This document shows, one piece after another, positions 9,342 to 18,661 of a stretch of DNA of 64,000 nucleotides (positions are counted from its first letter, which is position 1; each line of letters opens with the position of its first letter). The notes beneath the pieces were generated by a model. The model was given only the letters and a program-made list of their open reading frames with translations, ran no database searches and was not told the DNA's origin. Both the position numbers and the translations under genes were made by a program. Source of the stretch: Sphingomonadaceae bacterium (GTDB lineage: Bacteria; Pseudomonadota; Alphaproteobacteria; Sphingomonadales; Sphingomonadaceae); NCBI GenBank assembly GCA_947473355.1, contig CANJCQ010000011.1:404-64403 (forward strand), given 5' to 3'.

Positions 9342-9901
9342 TGGAAGATCACGAAGTGCGGGTGCCGCCGCTGGAAGTGGCGGAATTCAGCGAGGAACAG
9401 GCCGCACTGGTGGGGAGATGGTCTCACCTCAATTTCTCGCGTGTGCTGGTGCGCCATCCCGCGCTTTATCGCGCCTTCATGCCCTATATCGCGCAGGTCA
9501 TTCCCGGCTCGACGCTTCCGCCGCGCGATCGCGAAGTGCTGGTGGTCCGCACTCTGGCGCTGGGCGGCGATGTTTATGAGGCGCACCACCATGTCCAGAT
9601 CGCACTCAAGGCCGGGATGAGCGAGGCTGATATTGCGGCAGTTCGCGCGGCCGATGCCGGTCTGTCGGAATGGGATCAGGTGCTGGTGCGCGCGGCGGAC
9701 GAGCTGGTGCAGCGGCAGAAGCTGAGCGACGCCAGCTGGGACTTGCTCGGCCAGCGCTATTCGCGAGAGCAGTGCATGGAAGTGGTCTTCCTTGTCGGCT
9801 GCTATAATGTCATGGCGATGCTGACCAACAGCTTCGGGATAGCGCTTGAAAGCGACCCCGAAGCCGATGCGAAGCTCAAGGCCATGCGGCAATATACCTG
9901 A
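9338..9901 (+). CDS. Carboxymuconolactone decarboxylase (CMD/AhpD-like) family protein
   Basis: LPPRDRE...R......YE..HH...A..AG pattern. Confidence 0.82.
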   Translation: MMEDHEVRVPPLEVAEFSEEQAALVGRWSHLNFSRVLVRHPALYRAFMPYIAQVIPGSTLPPRDREVLVVRTLALGGDVYEAHHHVQIALKAGMSEADIAAVRAADAGLSEWDQVLVRAADELVQRQKLSDASWDLLGQRYSREQCMEVVFLVGCYNVMAMLTNSFGIALESDPEADAKLKAMRQYT

Positions 9902-9915
9902 TTCGGAGAGTGTGA

Positions 9916-10737
9916 ATGAGCCTGACCACCCGTGACCTGTCCCCCGCCATCGGCAGCGAGGTCATCGCCGATGCGGCCAGCCTGCTCAGCGGCAGTCTGG
10001 CCGCCGAAATCAAGGCCAAGCTGACCGAGCGCGGGGTTTTGCTGTTCCGCGACGTCCATTTTGATGATGAAGAGCTCAATGCTTTTGCCGCCAGCGTCTC
10101 GCCGATCGACAACCAGGACGAGAAGGGCAATTTCAAGGTGACCATGGACGCCGAAATCAATCCGATGGCGCTGATCCTCTATGGCACCCGCGCCTGGCAC
10201 ATGGACCGGCTCGACACAGCGTTGCCGCCGCTCGGTACCTTGCTGTCGCCAAGGGTGCTGTCGCTGGAGGGTGGCGAAACTGAATTCGCCAATACCTATG
10301 CGGCTTACGAGGCGCTGTCCGACGAGGACAAGGCATTGATTGAGGACCTGGAAGTCGAGCACACCACGGCCAACCAGCTGCGCAACGTAGAACTTCCCGC
10401 CGGGCTCGAACAGATTGTCGACCAGCTGGGCATGGGCACCTCGCGCATCCATCCGCTGGTCTGGCGGCATCGTTCGGGTCGCAAGTCGCTGGTGCTCGGC
10501 TGGACCGCCACCCGCGTCGTTGGCATGGATCCGGCGGAAGGCGACGCCCTGATCGCGCGGCTGATCGCTCATGCCGAACAGCCACAGTTCACCTATCGCC
10601 ACCACTGGCGGATGGGCGACGTGGTGATGTGGGACAACACCGGGACGATGCACCGGGTCCAGCCCTTCGAGCAGGGCAGCAAGCGCTATCTCCACCGGGT
10701 GACGCTCGCGGGCGAGGAGCCGCTGGTCGCAGCGTAA
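9916..10737 (+). CDS. TauD/TfdA-family dioxygenase
   Basis: WHMD, GGETEFAN, WDNTGTMHR motifs. Confidence 0.93.
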   Translation: MSLTTRDLSPAIGSEVIADAASLLSGSLAAEIKAKLTERGVLLFRDVHFDDEELNAFAASVSPIDNQDEKGNFKVTMDAEINPMALILYGTRAWHMDRLDTALPPLGTLLSPRVLSLEGGETEFANTYAAYEALSDEDKALIEDLEVEHTTANQLRNVELPAGLEQIVDQLGMGTSRIHPLVWRHRSGRKSLVLGWTATRVVGMDPAEGDALIARLIAHAEQPQFTYRHHWRMGDVVMWDNTGTMHRVQPFEQGSKRYLHRVTLAGEEPLVAA

Positions 10738-10774
10738 GTTCTCCTCCCGCACAGGGTCCCTACCCAACCATCAT

Positions 10775-10914
10775 CGTCACCCTGAACTTGTTTCAAGGTC
10801 CATTTTTCCTCGCACGCGGAGCTTGGTAATCAAGAGTAAACCTCGCGGTTGGGGTTTGTCCTGCTGGCTCCGGGCGCGCGGCATGATGGACCATGAAACA
10901 AGTTCAGGGTGACG
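10775..10914. repeat. Palindromic doublet, family B copy 1 (140 bp)
   Basis: CGTCACCCTGAACTTGTTTCAAGGTCCAT (10775-10803) inverted with ATGGACCATGAAACAAGTTCAGGGTGACG (10886-10914); 82-bp spacer. Confidence 0.92.
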
Positions 10915-11025
10915 AAAATGGGGTTGGTGGATCGCAGCCCTGTCGCAGCATCGTTGGGATTGCACTGGCCTGCCATCGACCTATAGTTTCAAGTCAAACA
11001 ACCAAGCAATTTGGAGAGGAAACCC

Positions 11026-12609
11026 ATGCCCCAGCCCGCCGCGCGCTATATTGCCCCGCCCGCCACGCTCGCAGAGGGCTGGACGCTCGCCCGTCTGACC
11101 CCGCCCAGCCGCCTCCACGGCGCCAATGGCCTGCGCACCGGCAAGGACGGGCTGATCTATGTGGCGCAGGTCTGCGGCAGCCAGGTTTCGGCGGTCAATC
11201 CCGACACTGGCGACATTACCACGATCAGTCCGATGGGCGGCGGCATCACCGGGCCGGACGATCTGGCCTTTGACGATGAGGGCAATCTCTATTGCACCGA
11301 GATCACCACCAACAGGCTCTCCGTGCTGCATCCCGATGGCACCACGCGGGTGCTCAACGGCGATGTTCCGGTCGCCAATCCAGTGACGGTCTACCAGAAC
11401 CGGGTGATCGCCGGCGAGCTGCGTATGGGCGGACAAATCCGCGAATTCGACCGCTCCACCGGCGCCGCGCGGGTGATCCTGGCCGATGTGCCGATGCCCA
11501 ATGCCTTCGAGGTCGGCCCCGATGGCAAGCTCTATTTCCCCGCGCAGGGTGCCAACGAAATCTGGCGGGTCAGCCTCGATGGCGGCGCACCGGAAGTGGT
11601 GGCGAAGGACCTTGGTGTTCCCGACTCGGTCAAATTCGATGCGCAGGGCTTCATCATTTCGACCCAGGTCGGCTCGGGGCAAGTGCTGCGCATTGATCCA
11701 CGCAGCGGCGAGAAGACCTTGCTGGCCCAGCTCTCGCCCGGCCTCGACAACTGCACGCTGGTCGGCGACCGGCTGTTCGTCTCGCACATCACCGGCGAGC
11801 TCCATGAAATTCTGGGCGACGGCAAGACCCGCGCAGTGATCGACAACGGCTTCCAGTGGCCGATGGGAATCGGCGTCAATGAGGCTGGCACGGTCTATGT
11901 CGGTGATGGCATGTTTGCCTACATGATCGCGCCGGGCCAGGCGCGGCAGCTGGCGGGAACCTTGTTCGGCGGCATGTTCCCCGGCTTCATGCGCGGCGTG
12001 GCTTCTGCAGGCGGCGACTCCTGGGTGGTGACCACCGCCAACGGCACGGCCGCGCGCTGGACCCCGGGCAGCGAGCCCGAACTGCTCGCGCATGGCCTCG
12101 AACGCGCCATGGGCATCGCTGCCGGGCCGGGCGGGGCAGTGGCCTTTGCCGATCAGGATACCGGCAAGGTGATGCTGTCGTCGGGCGGCGAATTGAGCGA
12201 ACTGGCCTCCGGGCTCGACAAGCCCACCGGCGTGGCCTTTGGCAGCGACGGCACGGTCTATGTCGCTGAAGCGGGGCGGGTGTCGAAGATTTCGGGCGGC
12301 AAGGCTGTGGCAGTCATCGACGGCCTCGGCGATCCGCAAGGCATCGCCGTGTCGGGCGGCAAGCTCTATGTGCTCGATGTCGCGGCCAAGCAGGTGATCG
12401 AATGCGATCTGGCAAGCGGCGCCCACAGCGTGATCGCAGCGGGGCTCCCCGTCGGCGCACCAGCGGGGGTCGTGGCTCCCGCCCTCGGCGGGGTCGGCGA
12501 CATGTGCGGGCCAATGACGTCCTTCGCCGGGCTGGCCGCAGGCGCGGATGGTTCGCTTTACCTTTCGGGTGATGCCGAAGGGAGCGTGCTCAAATTGTCA
12601 GCGGGGTGA
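11026..12609 (+). CDS. SMP-30/gluconolactonase/LRE-family beta-propeller protein (probably two propellers)
   Basis: GANGL, GPDDLAFD, PNAFEVGPDG, PDSVKFD, DNCT blades; ATG 11026 follows GGAGAGG. Confidence 0.82.
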   Translation: MPQPAARYIAPPATLAEGWTLARLTPPSRLHGANGLRTGKDGLIYVAQVCGSQVSAVNPDTGDITTISPMGGGITGPDDLAFDDEGNLYCTEITTNRLSVLHPDGTTRVLNGDVPVANPVTVYQNRVIAGELRMGGQIREFDRSTGAARVILADVPMPNAFEVGPDGKLYFPAQGANEIWRVSLDGGAPEVVAKDLGVPDSVKFDAQGFIISTQVGSGQVLRIDPRSGEKTLLAQLSPGLDNCTLVGDRLFVSHITGELHEILGDGKTRAVIDNGFQWPMGIGVNEAGTVYVGDGMFAYMIAPGQARQLAGTLFGGMFPGFMRGVASAGGDSWVVTTANGTAARWTPGSEPELLAHGLERAMGIAAGPGGAVAFADQDTGKVMLSSGGELSELASGLDKPTGVAFGSDGTVYVAEAGRVSKISGGKAVAVIDGLGDPQGIAVSGGKLYVLDVAAKQVIECDLASGAHSVIAAGLPVGAPAGVVAPALGGVGDMCGPMTSFAGLAAGADGSLYLSGDAEGSVLKLSAG

Positions 12610-12613
12610 GGCA

Positions 12614-13222
12614 GTGGCCCGCATCGAAACCATTGAGCGCCTCACCGAGCTGATCCCCGATCCCAGCGCAATCGCCGGGGCAAAGGTTCTCGACCACCTC
12701 GACGATCAGGCGCTCGCCTTCATCGCGCGCAGCCCTTTTCTGGTCGTGGCGACCGAAAACGAGACCGGGCTCGATCTCAGCCCCAAGGGCGATGATCCCG
12801 GATTCGTCCATGTGCTGGATGGCAGGACGCTGCTGGTGCCCGAGCGTAACGGCAACCAGCTCAAGATGGGCCTGCGCAATATTCTCGCCAATGGCCGCAT
12901 CGGGCTGATGTTCTTCCGCCCGGCCACTGGTGACGTGCTGCGCGTGGTCGGCCGGGCCGAGCTGTTCGATGATGCCGACCTGTGCGAGCGGCTGACCAGC
13001 CATGGCAAACCGGCAATTCTGGCGATCAAGGTCGCCATCGACCGAGCCTTCTTCCACTGCCCCCGCGCCATCCTGCGCGCGCAACTTTGGAAGCCGGAAA
13101 GCTGGGATGCGCCCGAACCGGTCAGGATGGGCAAGATCTACGCGTCAGCGCTGGCCCGTCCCGAAATCGAGGAATATATCGATACGATCGGCGAGGAGCG
13201 CAACGACGAGCTGTGGATTTGA
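12614..13222 (+). CDS. Pyridoxamine-5'-phosphate oxidase-like FMN-binding protein (MSMEG_1061-like)
   Basis: FIARSPFLVVAT, DLSPKGD.PGFV, PERNGN, N.RIGL.F, AFFHCPRA.LRA.LW; GTG start at 12614. Confidence 0.85.
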   Translation: MARIETIERLTELIPDPSAIAGAKVLDHLDDQALAFIARSPFLVVATENETGLDLSPKGDDPGFVHVLDGRTLLVPERNGNQLKMGLRNILANGRIGLMFFRPATGDVLRVVGRAELFDDADLCERLTSHGKPAILAIKVAIDRAFFHCPRAILRAQLWKPESWDAPEPVRMGKIYASALARPEIEEYIDTIGEERNDELWI

Positions 13223-13251
13223 AGATTGAGGACTTGGCATCGGCACCAATA

Positions 13252-13311
13252 TTGCGCAATAAAATGCGTATCAGCTTGACTTGGTCAAGAGTTTGCGCAA
13301 TATGATGCGCA
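13252..13311 (+). promoter_or_regulatory. Putative hicAB promoter with operator repeats
   Basis: Direct repeats TTGCGCAATAAAATGCGTA (13252-13270) and TTGCGCAATATGATGCGCA (13293-13311) flank the palindrome CTTGACttgGTCAAG, which contains a TTGACT -35-like box. Confidence 0.55.
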
Positions 13312-13328
13312 CTATCTGAGGCTTTGAA

Positions 13329-13511
13329 ATGGGCAGCAGCCGCGACCTGATCAAAGATCTCGAAAAGGCGGGGTGGTCGCTCGACCGGGTATCAGGCAGC
13401 CACCACATTTTTGTGAAACATGGCAAGTTGTCGATTTTCGTTCCGCACCCGAGGGCCGATCTAGGCCGGGGCATTGAGCATGCATTGCGCAAGGCAGCGG
13501 GCCTCAAGTAG
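13329..13511 (+). CDS. hicA: HicA-family mRNA interferase toxin
   Basis: 60 aa; GW...R.SGSHHIF.K...VPHP..DL. Confidence 0.92.
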   Translation: MGSSRDLIKDLEKAGWSLDRVSGSHHIFVKHGKLSIFVPHPRADLGRGIEHALRKAAGLK

Positions 13512-13537
13512 CAAAGCCTTGTTGAAGGATCGAGCTT

Positions 13538-13942
13538 ATGACGATTTATTTTGCGGAACTTCATGTTGATGCAGAGGGGATTGGTTTTTCGATTCCCGAT
13601 CTCCCGGGCTTTGCCGCACATTATCAAGGTGAAGATATTGCCACTGCCGTCAGGATGGCGGAAACGGTCTTGCGCGACTGGATTGCTTCCAACGCCGATC
13701 GAGGGATCGAAATTCCACCTGCGCGCGCGATTTTTGAAGTGGGTTCCGAACTTCGCAAGGAAATCGGCAATGAGACTGAATTGGCGCTCATTGGTCTGCG
13801 CGCCCGCTTTCCTGCCCGGCGCGCCTTGCGGGTTAATCTCAGCATCGATGAGCGGACACTGGCTACAATCGACGAGAAAGCGGCTGCCCGGGCTATGACT
13901 CGTTCGGCGTTTTTGGTCGAGGCGGCGATGGCTTTTGATTGA
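13538..13942 (+). CDS. hicB: HicB-family antitoxin with C-terminal ribbon-helix-helix
   Basis: IPDLPG motif and RVNLSIDERTLATIDEKAAARAMTRSAFL; directly after hicA. Confidence 0.92.
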   Translation: MTIYFAELHVDAEGIGFSIPDLPGFAAHYQGEDIATAVRMAETVLRDWIASNADRGIEIPPARAIFEVGSELRKEIGNETELALIGLRARFPARRALRVNLSIDERTLATIDEKAAARAMTRSAFLVEAAMAFD

Positions 13943-13972
13943 GCGCCAAACGCCCTTGCTTTCCTGCCAGCC

Positions 13973-15388
13973 CTATTTCTCCCACTTCCCGTCGAACAGC
14001 CGCGGCACGCTCATCCCCATGTATTCCGCGAGGTTGCGGTGGAGGTTGATGACCTTCTGCTCCTGATGCGGATTGGGCATGGGCCCACGGAAGCCGCTTG
14101 ATTTCATGCCCTTCTGGACGAATTCCATATTGCCGAAATCCTGCGCCAGCACCGAGCCCCAGTTCTCGCCGGTCGGCTCGGCATGGACCCATTCAGTCTC
14201 CGGCTCTCCGCCTTCGGGATAGCGTTCAAGCGCATAGCTTTCGAAAATGCACTTGCCCGGATCATCGCCATAGGGGCGGACCCGGTAGGCGGGGCCGGCA
14301 AAGGTCACGCCGTGCAGGATGTTCTGGTTGGGGAAAATGCCCCAGGCGAGGCCGGATTCGGCGCGGATTTCCGGCGGAATCTCGGGCCAGATCACTCCGC
14401 GTGCGGCATCGTCGCGCTTGGCGGATTCCTGCCAGTGGGCGATCACTTCGGCGGGCGTTGCATCTTCCGGCAATTCGTCCTTGAGGCGGCTCGCTGCATT
14501 GACAAGTACTTCGGTGGAAGCGGTGAAATTGACCGTTTCGTAGTTTTCGCGGATCAGCTCGTAGGTCGAGACGCGGGCATCGTCGCCCTTGCCGGCGCGC
14601 ACAGTGCCCGAGCTTTCTGCCATCTTGAACTGATCTTCGCGGGTGTCATAGAGGCTGACCGAATGCAGGCCATATTGCTTTGAGGCGGCATAATAGTCGC
14701 CATAAGCCAGCAATTGCGTGTGGGTTCCGGCGACGTGATAGGGCTCGAGGAATGCCTCGATCGCCACTTTCCAGTTGCACGGATAGACCGCCCACTGGCG
14801 CCACTTGTAGCACATCTTGTCGATCTCGAAATATTCGAGAATTTCCCCGGCGCGGCCCAGCCATTCCTTCAGCGAAACTGAGGCCGGGTCCATGTTGATA
14901 TAAATGAAGCCGGCCCAGGTATCGACCTTGACCTCCGACAGGCAGGTGTTCTCAGGGGTCAGAATGTCGTGCCAGTCCTGCGGATCGAGGATGTAGGTGT
15001 TCTTGCCGTCGAGATCATAGGTCCAGCCGTGGAAGCCGCAGACGAAGTTCTTGCGCATATTGCCGCGCACCGAGTGGACGCCATCCGGCACCGAGATCAG
15101 CTGGCGGCCGCGATGCGGGCAGACGTTGTGGAAGGCCTTGAGCGTGCCATCGTCCTTGCGCAGGACAATGATCGATTCGTCGGCGACATTGTAAGTCAGC
15201 CAGTCGCCGGGATTGGGCAGGTCGGTCTCACGTTCGACCATCTGCCAGATTTTCGGCCACAGCTGCTTTTTCTCTGCCTCGAGATATTCGCGGCTGAGGA
15301 AGGCCTCGGTGGGATAGGTGACCTGCCGTTCCTTATCCATATCTTCGGCAGTGATGTTCTGCGGGCCAAATTTGGACATCTCGTTCAT
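13973..15388 (-). CDS. Rieske non-heme iron oxygenase, alpha subunit
   Basis: Rieske motifs CPHRG and CGFHGW; NWKVAIEAFLEPYHVAGTH and QD mononuclear Fe ligands. Confidence 0.94.
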   Translation of the reverse strand: MNEMSKFGPQNITAEDMDKERQVTYPTEAFLSREYLEAEKKQLWPKIWQMVERETDLPNPGDWLTYNVADESIIVLRKDDGTLKAFHNVCPHRGRQLISVPDGVHSVRGNMRKNFVCGFHGWTYDLDGKNTYILDPQDWHDILTPENTCLSEVKVDTWAGFIYINMDPASVSLKEWLGRAGEILEYFEIDKMCYKWRQWAVYPCNWKVAIEAFLEPYHVAGTHTQLLAYGDYYAASKQYGLHSVSLYDTREDQFKMAESSGTVRAGKGDDARVSTYELIRENYETVNFTASTEVLVNAASRLKDELPEDATPAEVIAHWQESAKRDDAARGVIWPEIPPEIRAESGLAWGIFPNQNILHGVTFAGPAYRVRPYGDDPGKCIFESYALERYPEGGEPETEWVHAEPTGENWGSVLAQDFGNMEFVQKGMKSSGFRGPMPNPHQEQKVINLHRNLAEYMGMSVPRLFDGKWEK

Positions 15389-15462
15389 GGCGTTCTCCTC
15401 AACCTCTCGCCAAACTCTCGCTTGCGCCGGGCGATTACTACTTAGACCGACCTAACCATCAT

Positions 15463-15602
15463 CGTCACCCTGAACTTGTTTCAGGGTCCATTTCTCCGCA
15501 CCTCCAGAGCTCGGCTTGCATCACCAGGCCTCGAGGTTTGCTTCTGTCGTCATGGCACCTTGCTGGCTGCGTGATGGACCCTGAAACAAGTTCAGGGTGA
15601 CG
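15463..15602. repeat. Palindromic doublet, family B copy 2 (140 bp)
   Basis: Perfect 29-bp inverted repeat CGTCACCCTGAACTTGTTTCAGGGTCCAT (15463-15491) / (15574-15602); 82-bp spacer. Confidence 0.93.
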
Positions 15603-15625
15603 AAAACGAGAAGCTAGTGGAGTGC

Positions 15626-17455
15626 TCAGCTCAATTCCAGACCTTCCAGCTTGCCGTCTGCCCGCCAGTCGCCGAGCATCTTCTGGAACATATCCCAGCC
15701 CAGACCATAGGCGCGGAAGAGCTGCCAGGGGGCACCTTTCTGGCCTTCGTTGCTGAAGTAGCTGGGGGTGCATTCGGCCTGAAAGGCGGTGGTGTCCATC
15801 TCGACTTCGGCGAAGTGCTTTTCGTAAGTCGCCTGAGCCTCGGCGCTGGGTTCGGCGACTATCTTGCCCCGGCGTAGCGTTTCGCCAAGGATATAGGCCG
15901 AATGCTCGCACTGCTTGCCGAACTGCTCGGTGACCGAGCCGTTCAGCGCGCCCTGGATATAGCCGATGACGAACAGGTTGGGGAACCCACGCGCCATGTT
16001 GCCTTGGAAGGTATGGGGACCATCGCGCCAGAAGTCATAGAGCGACTTGCCACCGCGGCCATTGATCGCCTCGAAGCCCCAGCGCTTTTCAAGCTCGCTT
16101 GAAACCTCGAAGCCCGAGGCGAAGATGATGCAATCGACTTCGTAATCCACCCCGTCCTGCCGGAAGCCCGTCTCGGTGATCTGCTCGAGACCCTGTGTCC
16201 CGGAGGTGTCGATCAGGTGCACGTTTGGCTGGTTGAAGCAGGGGTAGAAAGTGTCGCTGGAAAGCGGCCGCTTGCACAGGAAGCGGTAATAGGCCTTGAG
16301 TCTTTCAGCCTTCACTGGGTCCTTGATCGTTGCATCGACCCGGCGGCGGAAGCGTTCCATCACCTGATAATCGACCACTTCGCGGCGCTCCATGAATTCT
16401 TCCATGGTGCCCGAGGTCATCGGTTCGGCGGCATTCCACGCGGCGAGGTTGCGGTTGATCTCGGTCCAGAAATCGCAGACCAGATCCTCCTCGGCGGGCA
16501 TCGGCACTTCCTGGGCATAGCGCTGGAAATTGGCGATGCGCTCTTTCTGCCAGCCGGGCTGGAGGCTCTTCAGCCAGGCCTCGTCGGTCAGCGGATTGGG
16601 CCGGGTATCGACGCAGCTCGGCGTGCGCTGGACGACATAGAGCTCCTTGCAATATTGCGCGAGGTGGGGGACCGCCTGGATCGCGGTCGCGCCGGTGCCA
16701 ACAATGGCAACGCGCTTGTCCTTGAGTTTGCTCAGCTCCGGGTTTTCGCAGCTACCGCCGGTGTAATCATATTCCCAGCGTGAAGTGTGGAACATCTTGC
16801 CCTTGAACTTCGCGATGCCATTGATCCCCGGCAGCTTGGGCATGTTGAGCACGCCCTGGCCCATGATCACGAAGCGCGCGCGGATATCGTCACCGCGATC
16901 AGTCTTGACGTGCCAGCGCTGGATCGCTTCGTCCCAAATCAGCGAGGTGATCAGGGTATGGAACAGCGCCTGATCGGCAAAGCCATGCTTTTCGGCCATC
17001 AGGCGGATGTAGCCCATGATCTCCGGCCCCGGTGCGAAGCGGCGCGAGGGCATGAAGCCGGTCTCTTCGAGCAGCGGCAGGTAGCAGTATGATTCGTTGT
17101 CGCACTGGATGCCGGGATAGCGGTTCCAGTACCATACCCCGCCGAAATCTCCGGCGTGGTCGATATTGCGGAACGAGGTCACGCCCTGCTGCTTGAGGTA
17201 ATATCCGGCCATAACCCCGGAGAAGCCGGCGCCGAGCACGGCGACATCAATCTCCTCGACGATGGGTTCGCGCGGGGCCACGGCCATGTAGGGATCGTGG
17301 TTATAGAGATCGTGCAGATCGCCCGGGCCGTCATTGATATATTGCGCGCCCGCCTTGGGGTTCAGGCGCTTGTCGCGCTCGGCATAATATTTCGCGCGCA
17401 GGGCCGGGATATCGATCTCATCGCGCGGCGGTACGTCGGTGACCTGGCAGTCCAT
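15626..17455 (-). CDS. Baeyer-Villiger (type I) flavin monooxygenase
   Basis: GAGFSG, GGVWYWNRYPG, BVMO fingerprint FKGKMFHTSRW, second Rossmann motif GTGATA. Confidence 0.95.
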   Translation of the reverse strand: MDCQVTDVPPRDEIDIPALRAKYYAERDKRLNPKAGAQYINDGPGDLHDLYNHDPYMAVAPREPIVEEIDVAVLGAGFSGVMAGYYLKQQGVTSFRNIDHAGDFGGVWYWNRYPGIQCDNESYCYLPLLEETGFMPSRRFAPGPEIMGYIRLMAEKHGFADQALFHTLITSLIWDEAIQRWHVKTDRGDDIRARFVIMGQGVLNMPKLPGINGIAKFKGKMFHTSRWEYDYTGGSCENPELSKLKDKRVAIVGTGATAIQAVPHLAQYCKELYVVQRTPSCVDTRPNPLTDEAWLKSLQPGWQKERIANFQRYAQEVPMPAEEDLVCDFWTEINRNLAAWNAAEPMTSGTMEEFMERREVVDYQVMERFRRRVDATIKDPVKAERLKAYYRFLCKRPLSSDTFYPCFNQPNVHLIDTSGTQGLEQITETGFRQDGVDYEVDCIIFASGFEVSSELEKRWGFEAINGRGGKSLYDFWRDGPHTFQGNMARGFPNLFVIGYIQGALNGSVTEQFGKQCEHSAYILGETLRRGKIVAEPSAEAQATYEKHFAEVEMDTTAFQAECTPSYFSNEGQKGAPWQLFRAYGLGWDMFQKMLGDWRADGKLEGLELS

Positions 17456-17595
17456 GTTATTCCTCTCGAATCGTTGACCCGTCTATGCTTTCGTCATGCC
17501 GTGCTGTCCACTTGTATAGCGGGACAGGACAGGCTCTAGGCAATTGCCCGGCGCTGTGCAAAGTGGCGCGAAACAGGCGTGAGAGGATCGAGAGC

Positions 17596-18489
17596 ATGAC
17601 GGCAATCAGGGGCAAGGCGGCTGTGGTCACCGGCGGTGGCAGCGGTATCGGCGCTGGGCTGGCCAAGGAACTGGCGCGGCAGGGCGCGAGCGTGGCTGTG
17701 ACTGACATCTTACTCGCCAATGCACAGAAGGTGGCCGATCAGATCAATGCCAGCGGCGGCAAGGCGGTCGCCATTCAGTGCGATGTTTGCGACCGGGCTT
17801 CGATCAACGAGATGCGCGATAAGGCCGTGGCGGCATTCGGGGCGATCCAGCTGCTCTTCGCCAATGCCGGGGCGACCAGCTTCGATCCGCTGATGGAAAT
17901 GTCTGACGAAGACGTCGACTGGATCCTCACCGTTAATCTGCACGGGGTGATGAACACTACACGCGCCTTCCTGCCGGGCATGATGGAAGCAGGCGAAGGG
18001 CATGTCTGCGCCACGGCTTCGATGGCCGGACTGCTGCCGGGCTGGATTCCGGTGCATGTGCCCTATTCGGCGGCCAAGGCCGGGATCATCGGCATGATGA
18101 TGAACGTGGCGCTGGAACTGAAGCCTTACAACATTCACACGACAAGCTATTGCCCGGGCGGCGTTGCCAGCGGGATGAAGGCCAACAATGCCACCTATCG
18201 CCCCGCCATGTTCGGCGGTCCGGGCGAGGGCGAGGTCCATGTCGGCGAGGTCAATCACGAGCAGACCAGCCTGGCCTTCTTCCACCCGGATTCGGTTGCG
18301 CCGATGGTGCTCGATGCGGTGCTGAACAACCGCGCCTTCGTGTTTGATCATCCCGAGCAGCGCGATCTGTTCCGCGAGACTTATGCCTCGGTGGTCGAGG
18401 AATGTTATGACGCAGCGGAGGCCTGGGAGCGCGATCATGGGCGGCCTGAGGCCAATCCCCATGGGGCGAAGCTGGTGAGCGGGGATTGA
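17596..18489 (+). CDS. Short-chain dehydrogenase/reductase
   Basis: TGGGSGIG, ANAG, YSAAK. Confidence 0.93.
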   Translation: MTAIRGKAAVVTGGGSGIGAGLAKELARQGASVAVTDILLANAQKVADQINASGGKAVAIQCDVCDRASINEMRDKAVAAFGAIQLLFANAGATSFDPLMEMSDEDVDWILTVNLHGVMNTTRAFLPGMMEAGEGHVCATASMAGLLPGWIPVHVPYSAAKAGIIGMMMNVALELKPYNIHTTSYCPGGVASGMKANNATYRPAMFGGPGEGEVHVGEVNHEQTSLAFFHPDSVAPMVLDAVLNNRAFVFDHPEQRDLFRETYASVVEECYDAAEAWERDHGRPEANPHGAKLVSGD

Positions 18490-18520
18490 GCGTCCGCAGC
18501 AAGCGTTCCAAAATGCTATC

Positions 18521-18628
18521 CGTCATCCCCGCGCAAGCGGGGACCTATCACCGGGGTTGGCGGCCTGATCGAAGCATTGTGCAAGACGCGCCGTAACGAG
18601 ATGGGTCCCCGCTTGCGCGGGGATGACG
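18521..18628. repeat. Palindromic doublet, family A copy 2
   Basis: CGTCATCCCCGCGCAAGCGGGGACCTATC (18521-18549) inverted with GATGGGTCCCCGCTTGCGCGGGGATGACG (18600-18628). Lies between convergent genes. Confidence 0.92.
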
Positions 18629-18661
18629 AGGGTTTTATTTCGCGCGTCAGGCCGACTGCCC

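Noticed and set aside
9802-12426. Long antisense ORFs (e.g. 9802-10767 and 10981-12426; likewise 43894-45651 and 54360-55826)
   Set aside because: These are shadow frames opposite well-supported genes, expected in GC-rich DNA, with no family motifs.
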